DNA of 64,000 bases, from assembly GCF_001194135.2 (NCBI RefSeq), contig NC_068981.1, positions 135,116,458 to 135,180,457 on the forward strand, in the 5' to 3' direction. The first letter of the stretch is position 1; every line of letters begins with the position of its first letter. Below, piece after piece: positions 11,320 to 23,905 of this stretch. The notes beneath the pieces were generated by a model. That model was not told the origin of the DNA. It was given only the letters and a program-made list of their open reading frames with translations, and searched no databases. Origin of the DNA: Octopus bimaculoides (taxonomy: Eukaryota). Position numbers and translations under genes: made by a program.

Positions 11320-11750
11320 AGGCGCAGGCGTGGCTGTGTGGTAAGAAGCTTGCTTCTCAACCACATGATTCCGGGTTCAGTCCCACTGTGTAGCACCTTG
11401 GGCAAGTGTCTTCTATTATAGCCTCAGGTCAAATAAAGCCTTGTGAGTAGATTTGGTAGACGGAAAGTGGAAGGAGCTCATCATATATATATGTATGTAT
11501 ATGTATATATATATATGTATGTATGTATATGTTTGTGTGTCTGTGTTTATCTCCCCCCCCCCATTGCTTGACAACTGATGTTGGTGTGTTTACATCCCCA
11601 TAACTTAGTGGTTTGGCAAAATGGACTGATAGAATAAGTACTAGACTTACAAAGAATAAGTCCTGCGGTCAATTTGTTCGACTAAAGGCGGGGCTCCAGT
11701 ATGGCCACAGTCAAATGACTGAAACGAGCAAAAGAATAATAATTACATAC
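11320..11750 (+). mobile_element. tRNA-headed SINE (family B) with an internal (TA/TG)n tract
   Basis: Head ggcgtggctgtgtggtaag...ccgggttcagtccc, core accttgggcaagtgtcttct, tail atgactgaaac. Further copies at ~5390-5745(-), 25360-25720(-), 26300-26580(-), 30360-30750(+) and 57680-58075(-). Confidence 0.75.
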
Positions 11751-13107
11751 ACATACATACGACAGGCTTCATTCACTTTCTGTCTCCCAAATCCATTCAC
11801 AAAGCTTTGGTTGTACCTGGCATGGAGTAGAGGACATTTGCCCAAGGTGCTGTATGGTCAGGTTGAACTTAGGATCACATGGTTGAGAGACATGCAAGAA
11901 AGGTATCCAATCATAGAAAACTTCCCCTATGAATTCTATCTGATCCATGCAAGCATTAAAAAAATGGACATTAAAAAGTTGATGGTGACAACGATATATA
12001 TGCATGTATGGTAGAGGGAGAGACAGAGTGTTTTTGTTTTTATATATCATGTACTAATCATAAATAAATGTTACTGCATACAAGTGATGTCATTTCTTTG
12101 CAATCTTCCATGAAAACATGTCCTACCATTGAACTTTTTGTGATCAAAGGACTAGGGGAAATATTACTTCGCTTGGAAAGAAGTGAAGGATGGTGACTGG
12201 AAGAGCATCTACCCATGGAAAATCTATCATAAGTGAATTTTGTCTGACCAATGCAAGCATGGAAAAGTGGATGTTATGATGATGGTTTATTATAACTACT
12301 TAATGTTTTATTTTGTATTTTCAATAATCTTTTGAATTAATGCAGCAAGCTGGCAGAATCATTAGCATGCCAGACAAATTGTTTAATAGCATTTAATTTG
12401 TCTTTATGTTCTGAGTTCAAATTCTGCTGAGGTCGACTTTGCCTTTCATCCTTTTGGGGCAATAAAATAATTACCAATTGAGTACTGGGGGTCAGTGTAA
12501 TTGATTCACTCCCTCCCTTGAAATTGCCGGCCTTGTGCCAGAATTTGAAATTAATGCTTTCTGTACTTTGTAGATCATAGCTTTTGGGAATCTGGGGAAG
12601 ATTTCCCCAACTTCTTAATATCATGAAATTGAGATAAGCATCACCCCCTTAAAATCCCTAACTAAAAGCATATGCAGTTTTCTTTTGTGAGAGTATAACT
12701 TGCAGTTGCTCATCCATGCAAATTTCCTCTCCCCATGCTACCAGTGAATGGCTGTTTCTTAAGGGTCGACACAGATTGTGTTGTGACAAGTATTAGCAAC
12801 TGAATGTGAAGAGCTGGAACAGATGTTGTAAGACATCTTACCCAATTCTCTAATCACCTACTCTGGATTGGTACTCTTTTGTCAACCCTATAAGCATGAA
12901 AGTCCAAGTTGACCTTAGCTGGACCTGAACTTGGAACACAGAGTGCAAGCAAAATACCTTGAGACAATCTACTCAATGCTCTAACAAAGGTGCCACTTTG
13001 GCAGGTGAGCTACAATTTGAAGGGAGATTACTTTAGTTTACTTTGTATTAGTGCTACTCTGCCGTGTGATCTATGTGAGTAAATTTACTTTGGTGGGTGA
13101 TCTACAT

Positions 13108-13378
13108 CAGTGCTACTCAAAGTGGAGGTCTGTGGACCGCTGTCGGTATGTGGCGAGTTCCTAGAAAAGAAAGAAACATTATAAAACGCTTATATAATAT
13201 TGTATTATTTGTTTACAAAATAAATATAAGATAAAAAAAAATTGTCAACTTTTATTATATTCATTATATATATTGTTTCCAGTATAAATTAATATTACTA
13301 AGAAATATTACTGGTCTGTGACACATTGGAAAAACAAAAACTGCTGGTACACCACATCAGATAGTTTGAGAAGTACTG
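13108..13378. mobile_element. hAT-type MITE
   Basis: Ends cagtgctactcaaagt and agtttgagaagtactg; 8-bp flanks atctacat and atctacgt. Confidence 0.75.
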
Positions 13379-14418
13379 ATCTACGTGCTTATTTTAATAT
13401 ATTGTTTATTTTTGGTTTCTTATTACTCTTTACTGCAAGATAAATGAAACTTGGTTTTCTTATTAAGTAAGTTAGAATTTTGAAAAATACATTTACAATG
13501 CTAAGTATGTCCTACAGTAATCTCCCTTGTAAATCACATGCCAAAGTGGCACCCTATCAATTTTGTCAGTTCACCGTATTTCAAAATGTTAATATTCTGT
13601 AGCAAGAGGCAGAATTGTTAACACACCAGGCAAAATGCTTAGCAGCCTATCATCCATCTTTATGTTGTAAGTTCAAATTCTTCCAGGGTCGACTTTGCCT
13701 TTCATCCTTTCAGGGTCAATAAAATGATTACCAGTTGAGCACTGGGTTAATTTAATTGACTTAGCCCCTTCCCAAAACTGCTGACCTTGTGCCAAAATTT
13801 GAAACCATTATTATCTGAACTTGATTAATGCCAGGCCCGCCTGTGTGGCTCCTGTGATGGTGGCTCGTAAAAAGCACCCACTACACTCTCAGAGTGGTTG
13901 GCATTAGGAAGGGCATCCAGCTATAGAAACATTGCCAGATCAGATTGGAGCCATTGGCTTTCCAGACCTCAGTCAAACCATCCAACCCATGCCAATATAG
14001 AAAATGGACGTTAAACAATGATGATGATGATGAATTGGCATGTTAAAAAATTAAAATTGGTTGCTATATGTATACCATTTAACCATCTGCCATTTTTAAA
14101 TGTTCTCATATTATGTTAAAATTAATACTTATTTTATATTTATTTCTTTATTGCCCACAAGGGGGCTAAACATAGAGGGGACAAACAAAGAGATTAAGTA
14201 GATTACATCGACCCTAGTGCGTAACTGGTGCTTATTTAATCGACCTCGAAAGGATGAAAGGCAAAGTCAAGCTCGACAAAATTTGAACACAGAATGTAAA
14301 GGCAGACGAAATACCACTAAGCATTTCGCCTAGTGTGCTAACGTTTTTGCCAGCTCGCTGCCTTATTTTATATTATACCTCTTAACTGTTTACCATTTGT
14401 AAATCTTTTTATATTCAG

Positions 14419-14523
14419 GTTCAGAAACATGAAATACATCTCACAATCTTAGAATCTAGACTAGACAACTTGACACTGGCAGTTTCTCAGCTCACTGAAA
14501 ACATGGATAATTTAACAAGACAG
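14419..14523 (+). CDS. SUCO: SUCO coiled-coil exon VQKHEIHLTILESRLDNLTLAVSQLTENMDNLTRQ
   Basis: Acceptor atattcag and donor gtaagt; 105 nt, phase 0 to 0; heptad-like leucine pattern. Confidence 0.85.
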
Positions 14524-14676
14524 GTAAGTTTTTTTATTATTCGATATTCTTTTATAGTTAAATTGACAAATCAGAATTACCTGCTGTGATCCTACCAATC
14601 CAGGGTGGTGGATTGGCTGAACTGCTGCTAAGATGGTCAGGCAAAAAGCCTTGCAATATCTGTTTTATATATCTGC

Positions 14677-15084
14677 ATTATAACAGCAACACCGGACTCA
14701 AGTTGGCAGCCTTTCACTTAGATAAACGTAGAGAGAGAAGACATAGAAGCAAGATTCATCATGCACTAGCAACCTTGATCAAGGTATAGTGCAAATGGCA
14801 GAACCTCCATCTTCACATCTTTCTTTCCCTCTACAAGTCTACATTCCAAGGAAGATAACTCTTATCTTATTGGTTTTATTATTATAACAGCAACACCGGA
14901 CTCAAGTTGGCAGCCTTTCACTTAGATAAACTTAGAGAGAGAAGGCATAGAAGCAAGATTCATCATGTACTAGCAACCTTGATCAAGGTATAGTGCAAAT
15001 GGCAGAACCTCTATCTTCACATCTTTCTTTCCCTCTACAAGTCTACATTCCAAGGAAGATAACTCTTATCTTATTGGTTTTATT
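14677..15084. repeat. Tandem duplication with a 204-bp unit (14677-14880 and 14881-15084)
   Basis: Both units start attataacagcaacaccggactc and differ at about four substitutions. Confidence 0.9.
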
Positions 15085-15128
15085 TCCCTTTCATCATCAT
15101 CATTTAACGTCCATCTATGTATGCATGG

Positions 15129-15877
15129 GTAGGACGGATGACAGGAGCTGGCCAGGTAGAAAAACTACCCTAGGCTACTGTGTCTGTTTTGACAGGGATC
15201 TTACGGCTGGATGCCCTTCTTAACACCAACCACTCCGTAGAGTGGACTCAGTGCTTCTTACGTGGCACTAGCACAGGCGAAGTTAGTTTTGGCATAATTT
15301 TTACAGCTGGAAGGCCGTCCAAACGCCAACCATGTTACAGTGTGGACTGGATGCTTCCTTTGTTTCTGTAAATGTATTTTCGCCTCTGTTGGTACTATGG
15401 GGTAATCTGACATCGTTACCATCTTTAACATCCATATTCCATGCTGGCATTGGACAGATTAACAGGAACTGACATTTCCTAAGACTGCATTGTATTCTGA
15501 CACCTACTTTGGCATGGTTTCTATAGCTGCATGTTCTTCCTAACAGAGTCTTCTGGGTGTGTGTTTCATGGCATCAGTACTAATGAAGTCGCCATTGATA
15601 ACATATTTTTTGGCAAATATAATGAATGAGAAACTTGTATTAATTTAATAAATATTTTTATTTTTTCAAGTTAGTATTCAACTAATTACTTTGAATGAAG
15701 TGAAATTATAATTACTGTCCCTATGTAGGACGGATGACAGGAGCTGGCCAGGTAGAAAAACTACCCTAGGCTACTGTGTCTGTTTTGACAGGGATCTTAC
15801 GGCTGGATGCCCTTCTTAACACCAACCACTCCGTAGAGTGGACTCAGTGCTTCTTACGTGGCACTAGCACAGGCGAA
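15129..15877. repeat. Identical 153-bp direct repeat (15129-15281 and 15725-15877)
   Basis: gtaggacggatgacagg...gcacaggcgaa appears twice, 596 bp apart; it is a family D fragment. Confidence 0.85.
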
Positions 15878-15969
15878 TATAATGATATTACCTGCAGCTG
15901 GGAAAAAATTATATCCTAAACATTGTCATGTGACCAGTTTTTTTACTGTTGTTTTTTTTCTTTTTACAG

Positions 15970-16210
15970 CTAACAGATCGCCAAGTGTTGTGGGCATCAA
16001 TTGAAGTATTTATCCTTGCCTTAATATTTGTCGTCTGCCTTAGAAAAAGACAGCCCTCTTTACCACCTAATCTGGTGGCAAAGGTTTTAGATGATCTCCT
16101 TCAGACCCAACATTTTTCTCCCAATCGAAGACGTAATTCAGAATCCAATATTAAACAGTCTTCCGTAAGCCATTGTGAAGTGGTTCGACAAAAAAGTGCA
16201 GATGACCTCA
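15970..16210 (+). CDS. SUCO: SUCO exon with the transmembrane helix (VLWASIEVFILALIFVVCL) and start of the cytosolic tail
   Basis: Acceptor tttttacag and donor gtaagt; 241 nt, phase 0 to 1. A hydrophobic 19-mer followed by RKR sits right after the coiled coil, as in SUCO. Confidence 0.87.
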
Positions 16211-17843
16211 GTAAGTTCATTTAAGGTTTTTACTCTACAGAACAAGAAATCCTTTTTAACTCAACAACATTTGTAGTTTATTTACAAGTGGGAAACGACA
16301 TTATTTCATTGGATGATTATAGAATTTTCCGAAAGATTTCCTAAATAAGATAAATATAATCTTAGATCAGAGGTTAAAATGAGCAGTACTGCCACCCTCA
16401 CTTCCCCTGGTGGGGTGGAAAAATCCAGTGAGGGGCATTGAAGTAGGGCAACAATGGGGTGGCCTAAAAGGGTCAGTGGATGTAAAAGCAAACAAAATAA
16501 TGGGTTCATTAGGTTAAGTTTTATTTGTGAAAGACAGTTTTGAATTAGCTTCAGAAAGCGGTGGGTGATGGGGGTGGCTAGGACTGTGGCCTAGTTGCTG
16601 AGAGGGTAGCAGCCTGAAAAAGTATGGGGACCACTGTCTTAAATTATTCTGACCTATTTTAGTATTACTGTCTTCTAGGAAAGTAAATTTTGAAGCGCAG
16701 CTGTAAATGGGTGACCCTGTGACAGAGTAGCCTTCCAATCAGTGGGGTGGCATCATTCGAAAACTAAAACAATGCAAAGCACATTGCAACCAGCGATGTA
16801 TAACAATATTCTATAGTCTGGTCGATCGCATGATTTGTATTCTATAAACCAAGTCAGAGATTAGCATTTCTGTCTCTTGTAAATATTAGAACTGGAATTT
16901 CTCTTTAATCATTTACAAAATAAACAGATACATGAACTCGACCAGTGATGGGAAAACTATGGGGTGCAGTATTTTCTGAATGGCATATTTGACAAAAAAT
17001 TTCCTTGAATGTTTTAGTTGTGTGGCCTGCCTGATGATGAACTGTCTCATGCCAACCTGCTTCTCGAGAGAAAAATAAGTTGTCCAATAAAAATAACTAG
17101 ACCTTAATGATAGTTTTTTTAAATCAAAAATTCAAATAAGCTTAATAATTTTGTAGTAATGTTGCAAAACGCAAATAATTTATTAGTCTTATTGCAAATG
17201 TCTCTGTTGGAATTTTTATTGTTGTTTCATTAGAATTTCCAAATTTTAAATTTCTAAAAGCCAGAGTCATGTGGATAAACCTCCAAAAACTATAGTGTGT
17301 ATCTGTTGAAGACTTTATTTAGTTAAAAGTACTGTTTGGTTGAGACAACTCTTATTTTGTTGCATCTTGGGAGGGTCATTGTGCTAATAATAAACACACA
17401 CACACACACTGATTCTATTTCACTTCACTATTTTATTTATTATTTGCTTTACCATTTAGCCTGTTAACTAATTAATTTGATAAATTGTTCAGTCATTCAA
17501 CCAGTCAGCTAGATTTGTCAGTCCTTTCATCACCATTCACCATCTCACCAATGACATGCCCTCAAACTTAGTTGATCGATTGATCAAACAATTAATCAAA
17601 CAGTCAATTAGTTAAATGGTTAACCAATAGACAAATAAAGAAGTGAATATAACCAGTGCATGTGTTTATTATAGGTAGAATGACACTCCAGAGATACAAC
17701 AAAATATGTTTCAGCACAAGTTTACATAAAGAATCTTGCAAACCAAATCAAAAACTGTCAAGGCTATCACTTAAGGCATTTTATTCATTTCCTATGGCTT
17801 GTAAACAATTATTTTAGCTCAACTTGTTATCCTTTCATTGCAG

Positions 17844-17899
17844 TTCATTCAAAAGCTGTGCATATTGTAGAACCTACTACACCTTTCTTGCTTGGTCAG
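17844..17899 (+). CDS. SUCO: SUCO small exon IHSKAVHIVEPTTPFLLGQ
   Basis: Acceptor ttcattgcag and donor gtaagt; 56 nt, phase 1 to 0, exactly bridging the flanking exons. HIVEP followed by the KKKK run of the next exon recalls vertebrate LYIVEP...KKKKR. Confidence 0.75.
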
Positions 17900-18620
17900 G
17901 TAAGTTGTCTTTTTTCATAACACTAGAAATATTTAAAATAAATAAAATGTCTTAATTAGAGAGTAACACATAGTTTATTGCCATAAAATGTAAGCAAAGA
18001 AGTCTTTTTCAAAGTAACATGCTCAATACAACTTTAACATTAATCTGCGCATGAATTGGCCCATTCCAGTGGTGTATTAGAGTTTTGGAAGAGTTGCCTG
18101 CTCCAGTCCTTTGTATTCTGATAGTAACACCTGTACCAACACTGGCAAGCTGTATTGGCCTTCAAGCACAGCCTTTTCCTTGGACAACATTGGTAGTATG
18201 AAGGGAGGTGGTTTGCATGCATGAACAGCTGCCAATCTTCCATAAAAAGAACTTGCCTAGGCTAGAAATAGCTACCAAATCTCACTCAAATTACAATTAC
18301 TTGTCTTTACAAAAAAAGGACTTGTGGAATAAAGTAGTTCCATTTCCTAGATGAAAAAAATAGACATGGTTGACTTAAGGCTAAACAACAACAATCAAAA
18401 GAAGATGGTCATAAAAAAAAGGCATATATAGAATGCCTGCTAAACAACATATTTCAGAAAGGTTGTTTCAAATGATTACTGGAACACTCAACGAATGTAA
18501 AGTGAGCTTCTTAACCACACAGCTGAGCATTTTTGTTGTTTGAACCAAATAGAGTCTAACAATTTAGCTTTCCCACAATATTGGGTTTGGAGCTATGGGG
18601 TGATTAAGAAAAGTATTTAA

Positions 18621-19079
18621 CTCTTTAGCATTTTAATTACTCTCTCAAATGCAATGTTTTTTTGTTCACATTGTTAGTGCCGCTGGACTGGCTCCCGTGC
18701 AGGTGGCACGTAAAATACACCATTTCGAGCGTGGCCGTTGCCAGTACCACCTGACTGGCCTTCGTGCTGGTGGCACGTAAAAGCACCCACTACACTCTCA
18801 GAGTGGTTGGCGTTAGGAAGGGCATCCAGATGCAGAAACTCTGCCAAATTAGATTGGAGCCTGGTCCACCAGTCCTCAGTCAAATCGTCCAACCCATGCT
18901 AGCATGGAAAGCAGACGTTAAACGACGATACATTATCTTATGTCTTTGAGATTTTGATGTAATAATTTATTTTTACAATGACATAGTAGGGTTGGTGTGA
19001 GAGACTGGATCTGGTCAGTTTGAACATAAAACTAGTAAAATATTTTGGCTGGATATGGGCTGGTTTAAATGCTAAAGGG
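18621..19079. mobile_element. piggyBac-type MITE with a nested RTE-tail-like repeat (~18676-18930)
   Basis: ttaa|ctctttagcatt ... aatgctaaaggg|ttag. The family interior resumes at ~18945 after the inserted repeat. Confidence 0.65.
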
Positions 19080-19174
19080 TTAGAAAAAGAATATTTTGAA
19101 TAGTTGGTGGTTTATGTGTTGTGATAATGAAATTCATTTTTCTCTTCTTTTTTTTTTCATTCTTTTTCTCACAG

Positions 19175-19984
19175 ACGAAAGAAGGCAACAAAAAGCGGAA
19201 GAAAAAGAAAAACCGATCAGTTGATTTAAAAATGAGTAGTAGTAAGGAAGGTCTTCCTAAAGAGAAGAGTGTTTCAACGACTCAACTGAATAGCGCTGGA
19301 CTGTTATTCATGGGGAAACCAGTAGAAAGCAGCAGTTCTCCTGCCAGAAAAGTTATACATTACAAACAAATTAGGGAACGTGTGGAAGGGGAATCAGGGA
19401 CTTCGGTTGGCAGTGTGTGTAGTAGTAATAGTAGTAGTAATAATAATACTGGTGCGTATAGTATTGCAAGAGGAAAAGAGTGCAGTCATGATGCAAATAT
19501 TCGCATTTCATGCAGTAAGAGTGATCCAGACTTATATACAAGTGAAAACTCTGCTTCGACAGCATTGTGTTGTTCTTCTCATCTCTCAAATCATTCTACA
19601 CCTCTTCCATCCACACAAACATCTTTTTCTTTCCCTTCTACTTTCAAAGCTCCACTCATGTGTTCAATCCCAAAGTCTTTCTCTTCTTCTTTGCCAGCTT
19701 CAGTGCCGGCAACACCATCAGCAGAACAATGTCAAATCTTCAACAGCACAAACAGTTTACTGAGAACAAACTTGATAACATATCCTATCAAACAGTCGTC
19801 CAGCCTTTCAGATCCTATAGTTGCTGGCAGTACTGGGCTGGTTAAAACAGTAACGGGGACACATTCCACTGCATTCAGAAACAAATTCAAATCTTTAGAC
19901 GTTGGACAAAAAAATTCTTCAGAAAGAAAGAATATTAATCGATGCCGCACTCAAGTTCCATGTGACGGCTTCAGAAAGTTCTGA
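19175..19984 (+). CDS. SUCO: SUCO terminal coding exon (basic KKRKKKK stretch, Ser-rich tail), stop TGA at 19982-19984
   Basis: Long polypyrimidine tract plus cacag acceptor; 810 nt open frame within ORF 19121-19984. ATTAAA (~20068) and AATAAA (~20141) follow. Confidence 0.8.
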   Translation, partial: TKEGNKKRKKKKNRSVDLKMSSSKEGLPKEKSVSTTQLNSAGLLFMGKPVESSSSPARKVIHYKQIRERVEGESGTSVGSVCSSNSSSNNNTGAYSIARGKECSHDANIRISCSKSDPDLYTSENSASTALCCSSHLSNHSTPLPSTQTSFSFPSTFKAPLMCSIPKSFSSSLPASVPATPSAEQCQIFNSTNSLLRTNLITYPIKQSSSLSDPIVAGSTGLVKTVTGTHSTAFRNKFKSLDVGQKNSSERKNINRCRTQVPCDGFRKF

Positions 19985-20969
19985 AGTGTGACTCTGTTCC
20001 CAGACTCCCATGGGGTTTACTATTTCTACTAAACATTATTATTATTATTACTACTCAATACATAAACATTAAAATTTGCTCTCTGCTGTTTCAGTTTTTT
20101 TTTTACCTTTTTCTTATTGCTTTCTATTAAGATTAACTTTAATAAATTATTTTTTTAAATTCAAGGTGAATACTAAAAACATGATTCACCTTATTACAAA
20201 ACACTTCAAAGATTTCAGCTTATGTTGTCTGGATTTATGGGATCAAATCTCATCTTCTGCTCCAGTAAAATTCTTATATATATCTATGTGTGTGTGTGTT
20301 CTTCCATCATCTTCAGTTTCCATACCTCTTTTTATACATGCACAAACATGTACATATGCATTGTCACTGTTACTCCATGGCCAGCTGGTTAGCAATAAGA
20401 ATGACTCTGTGATACCTTGGGAAAGTGTCTTTTATCATCTTGTGTTGACCCAATGCCTTGTGATGGAAACTGTATAGAAGCAATGTAGATATGTATGTAT
20501 ATGCCTTTTGTAACACCAACCACCCACTGCTGGGTGGGTGGGTGGTTGGTGTTGGGAAGGGCACCCAGCTGTAAAAACCATACCCAAAACAGACACAGAA
20601 GTCTGATGCAGTCTTCTTGCCTGGTCAGCTCCTGTTAAACCATCCAACCCATGCCAGCATGGAAGGTGGACGTTAAACAATGATGATGAGATATATAAAA
20701 ATACACACACACCTATGTATATATTTTGTTAATTTAATGTCTGTTTCTTTCATACTAGGTTAGGTTGGACAAGGACACTTTTGAGGTAGGAATTCCCAGC
20801 CAGGTGCTATTTCTGTCATCAACATTTACCTGTGTGTCAAACAGGTTTTTTTATTCCACAGGTCTTTAAAAGTGCAGAATGATCAGACATATCAACAAGG
20901 AATGTACACATATCATTATTTTGCTCAAATGTAGCTGTAGAATGTCAGACATTCGTGTGCATGCACACA

Positions 20970-21087
20970 CAGTGTGTCCGTAAAGTAATGGTGAGATTTC
21001 AAAACTATTGATGTAACAATATGAATTGTGTAGTGTTGCCAGTTACATTAATAAATAATTTTGAAATCTCCACCATGATTTTACAGA

Positions 21088-21091
<4 letters not shown>
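20970..21091. mobile_element. ~120-bp fold-back element (probable Tc1/mariner MITE)
   Basis: cagtgtgtccgtaaagtaatggtgagatttcaaaactattgatgtaac versus its roughly 80% identical inverted partner, which ends at a (TA)n tract. Confidence 0.55.
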
Positions 21092-21126
<35 letters not shown>

Positions 21127-23209
21127 GCTTCCTACAATTTGCCTTACAAATTCACTCACAAGAAAGTCGTCAAGAGGACTTGTGCCTAAGGTGCCATACA
21201 GCAGGGGGAAACCCAAAACCATGTGGTTGCAAAGTGAACTACTTAACACAAAATGATGCCTCTGTGTGACAGAACAAACAGAAGAGTAGAACTCAATAAG
21301 AATATATGATTTATTTTGCTGCAAGATTATGTAGAAGACTCAAGGACCAACAGTTTTGTGTGCCCCCGCCTTCATATGTATTCTTTTATGCTTTTACACA
21401 TTTCAATTATGACAGTGGCCATGATGAAGCACGGCCTTAAGGGGTTTTGTCGAAGAAATCGACTCCAACCAGGAATTAGTCTTTTCCATTTATCAAATCC
21501 ACTCACAAGGCTTTCGTCAACCTGAGGCTATAGTAGAAGCCAGTTGCCCAAAGTGCCACACAATGGGACTAAAACCCTGAACCATGTGGTTGGGAAGCAG
21601 GCTTCTTACCACACAGCTACATGCTCACGACTTGTGTTACTGCTCAAAAGATGTCAATGAAAACAATATCTCCTGGAACTGAACGGGTTTGTTGGTTTCC
21701 TGTGAAAACTAATAGAATGAAAATAACATGTATGGGTTGGTGATAGGAAAGGTTTCTGGCATAGATTTGTCTCCTGTATATCTTGTTCAACACATTCCAG
21801 TGTGGAAGACATAGAAGTTAATGACAATTATCTGGTACTCCATTAGTTATGATGATGAGGGATCCAAATGATCCAGTCAACAGGACCGACTGCCCCTGAA
21901 ATTCACATGTAAGTAGCTGAGCACTCCACAGACATGCAAACCTTTAATGTAGTTCCCAAGGAGATTTTGTGACACAGAATATAAGGTTGGCCCTTTGAAT
22001 TACCAATCCTACTCATTTTTGCCATCTGAATGGACTGGAGCAATAAAGTGCCTTGCTCAAGGACACAATGTGCTGCCAAGTATTGAACTCATGACTGGAT
22101 GACTGTGAGCTGACTATGCTAACCATATAGCCACATGCCTTCACAATAATGATAGGCAAAAACACAATTGTTTAACATCTAACCTATATATTACTATTTG
22201 ACCTCCAATTTTTTGCATGACTCAAATTGTTTAATTAATGGAACAGTTGTTTTTACAGCTAGATGCTCCTGCATGCCAAAATAATTGAGTCCGCTCTGTA
22301 AAGTGGTTAATGTTACAAAATGTGTCCAGCTGTACTAGCACCACCACCCTAAGGAAGCTGCAGCACAGACAGGTGGAGCAGTAACTCTGAGTAGAAATTG
22401 AAACAATAGAGAGTATTCTAGTCCTGTCACAAACAGGACTAGAGTACCCTTTAGCTGCTGCTACAATAGAAATCTCCCAGTCAGTGCTGTTAAGTTATGA
22501 AAGGAAGGGCATCATCTTCAAAACCATGACATGCAGTAACAAGCTGGTGAGATATTGTAAATCTTTGTGCAACCCATTCAAGCATGGAGAAGAAAAGATG
22601 TAATAAATTAGGTTGCTTGTTACCTGGAAGCAAATATAGATTTTGTTTTATGTTCTGTGAGGTATTCAGGAACAAGTAAAGCCACCACACACATAAAAAA
22701 GCAAATATAGTTTGTTTGGACCGAGATTGAATTTTATTCTTATTCATCTTGAAATGAGTAACCGTCACCATTTAATGTTTGTTTTCCATGCTAGCAAGGA
22801 CTGGATGCTTTGATAGGATCCAGCAAGCCGCAATGGTGTGTCGAGCTCTGATATCAGCTTTAGCAGAGTTTGTATGACCGGATGCCCTTCCACTTAGCAG
22901 AGCATACTGGGTGCTTTTCCATGCCACCAACACTAGTAAGGTTGTCAAATAAATTACAAGAAAGGAACCGGGGGAAAAAGAGAAAGCCCTCTCAACTAAA
23001 TGGGGGGGTGCTTGAGGAAGGGAGAGCAATGATTCCATACCATATTTGAGAGGCTAAAATATTTGGGGTCAAATATAGTCATAAATTTCATTCCTCCAAA
23101 AATATATCTATGTATGTATACTCACACTTTAGTATTTGGAAATACATGGAAGCTGTAAGACTCGAGGGGTAGAAACACAAGAAGAGGTTAATATTTCAGT
23201 CATTGCTTG

Positions 23210-23905
23210 ACTCACTATATTTATTGTGGCAAAAGTGACTGTACAAGGTGGCAAGCTGGCAGAAATGTTAGAAGGCCGGGCGAAATGCTTAGCAGTATTT
23301 CGTCTTTGCATTGTGATTTCAAATTCCACCGAGGTCGACTTTCCCTTTCACCCTTTTGGGGTCAATTAAGTACCAGTTGTGTACTGGGGTTGATCTAATT
23401 GACTGGCCCCCTCTCAAAAAATGTGGGTGCCTTATGCCTAGAGTAGGAAAATATATATATTGTGGCAAGAGTGACTGTACAAGGCAGCGAGCTGGCAGAA
23501 ATGTTAGCACGCCAAGCGAAATGCTTAGTGGTATTTCGTCTGCCGTTACGTTCGGAGTTCAAATTCCACCGAGGTCAACTTTGCCTTTCAACCTTTAGGG
23601 GGTCGATAAATTAAGTACCAGTTATGCACTGGGGACGATGTAATCAACTTAATCCTTTTGTCTGTCCTTGTTTGTCCCCTCTATGTTTAGCCCCTTGTGG
23701 GCAATTAAGAAATAAGAAACTTTAGCAGGCCAGGTGAAATGCTTAGTATTTCGTCTGTCTTTACGTTCCAAGTTCAAATTCCATCGAGGTTGACTTTGCC
23801 CTTCATCCTTTCGGGGTCAATAAATTAAGTACCTATTGCATACTGGGGTTGATCTAATCGACTGGCCCCCTCCCCAAAAATTTTGGTCCTTGTGCCTAAA
23901 CTAAA
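23210..23905 (+). mobile_element. Cluster of three head-to-tail SINEs (family C)
   Basis: Repeated gagctggcagaa(a/t)gttag...ttcaaattccaccgaggtc(a/g)actttgcc...taagtaccagtt. Other copies at ~7985-8190(-), 12340-12545(+), 13605-13805(+), 14150-14365(-) and 29915-30125(-). Confidence 0.75.

Noticed and set aside
23210-23905. Regularly spaced repeats superficially like a repeat-spacer array
   Set aside because: The units are ~240-bp SINE copies without unique spacers in a eukaryotic genome; not CRISPR.
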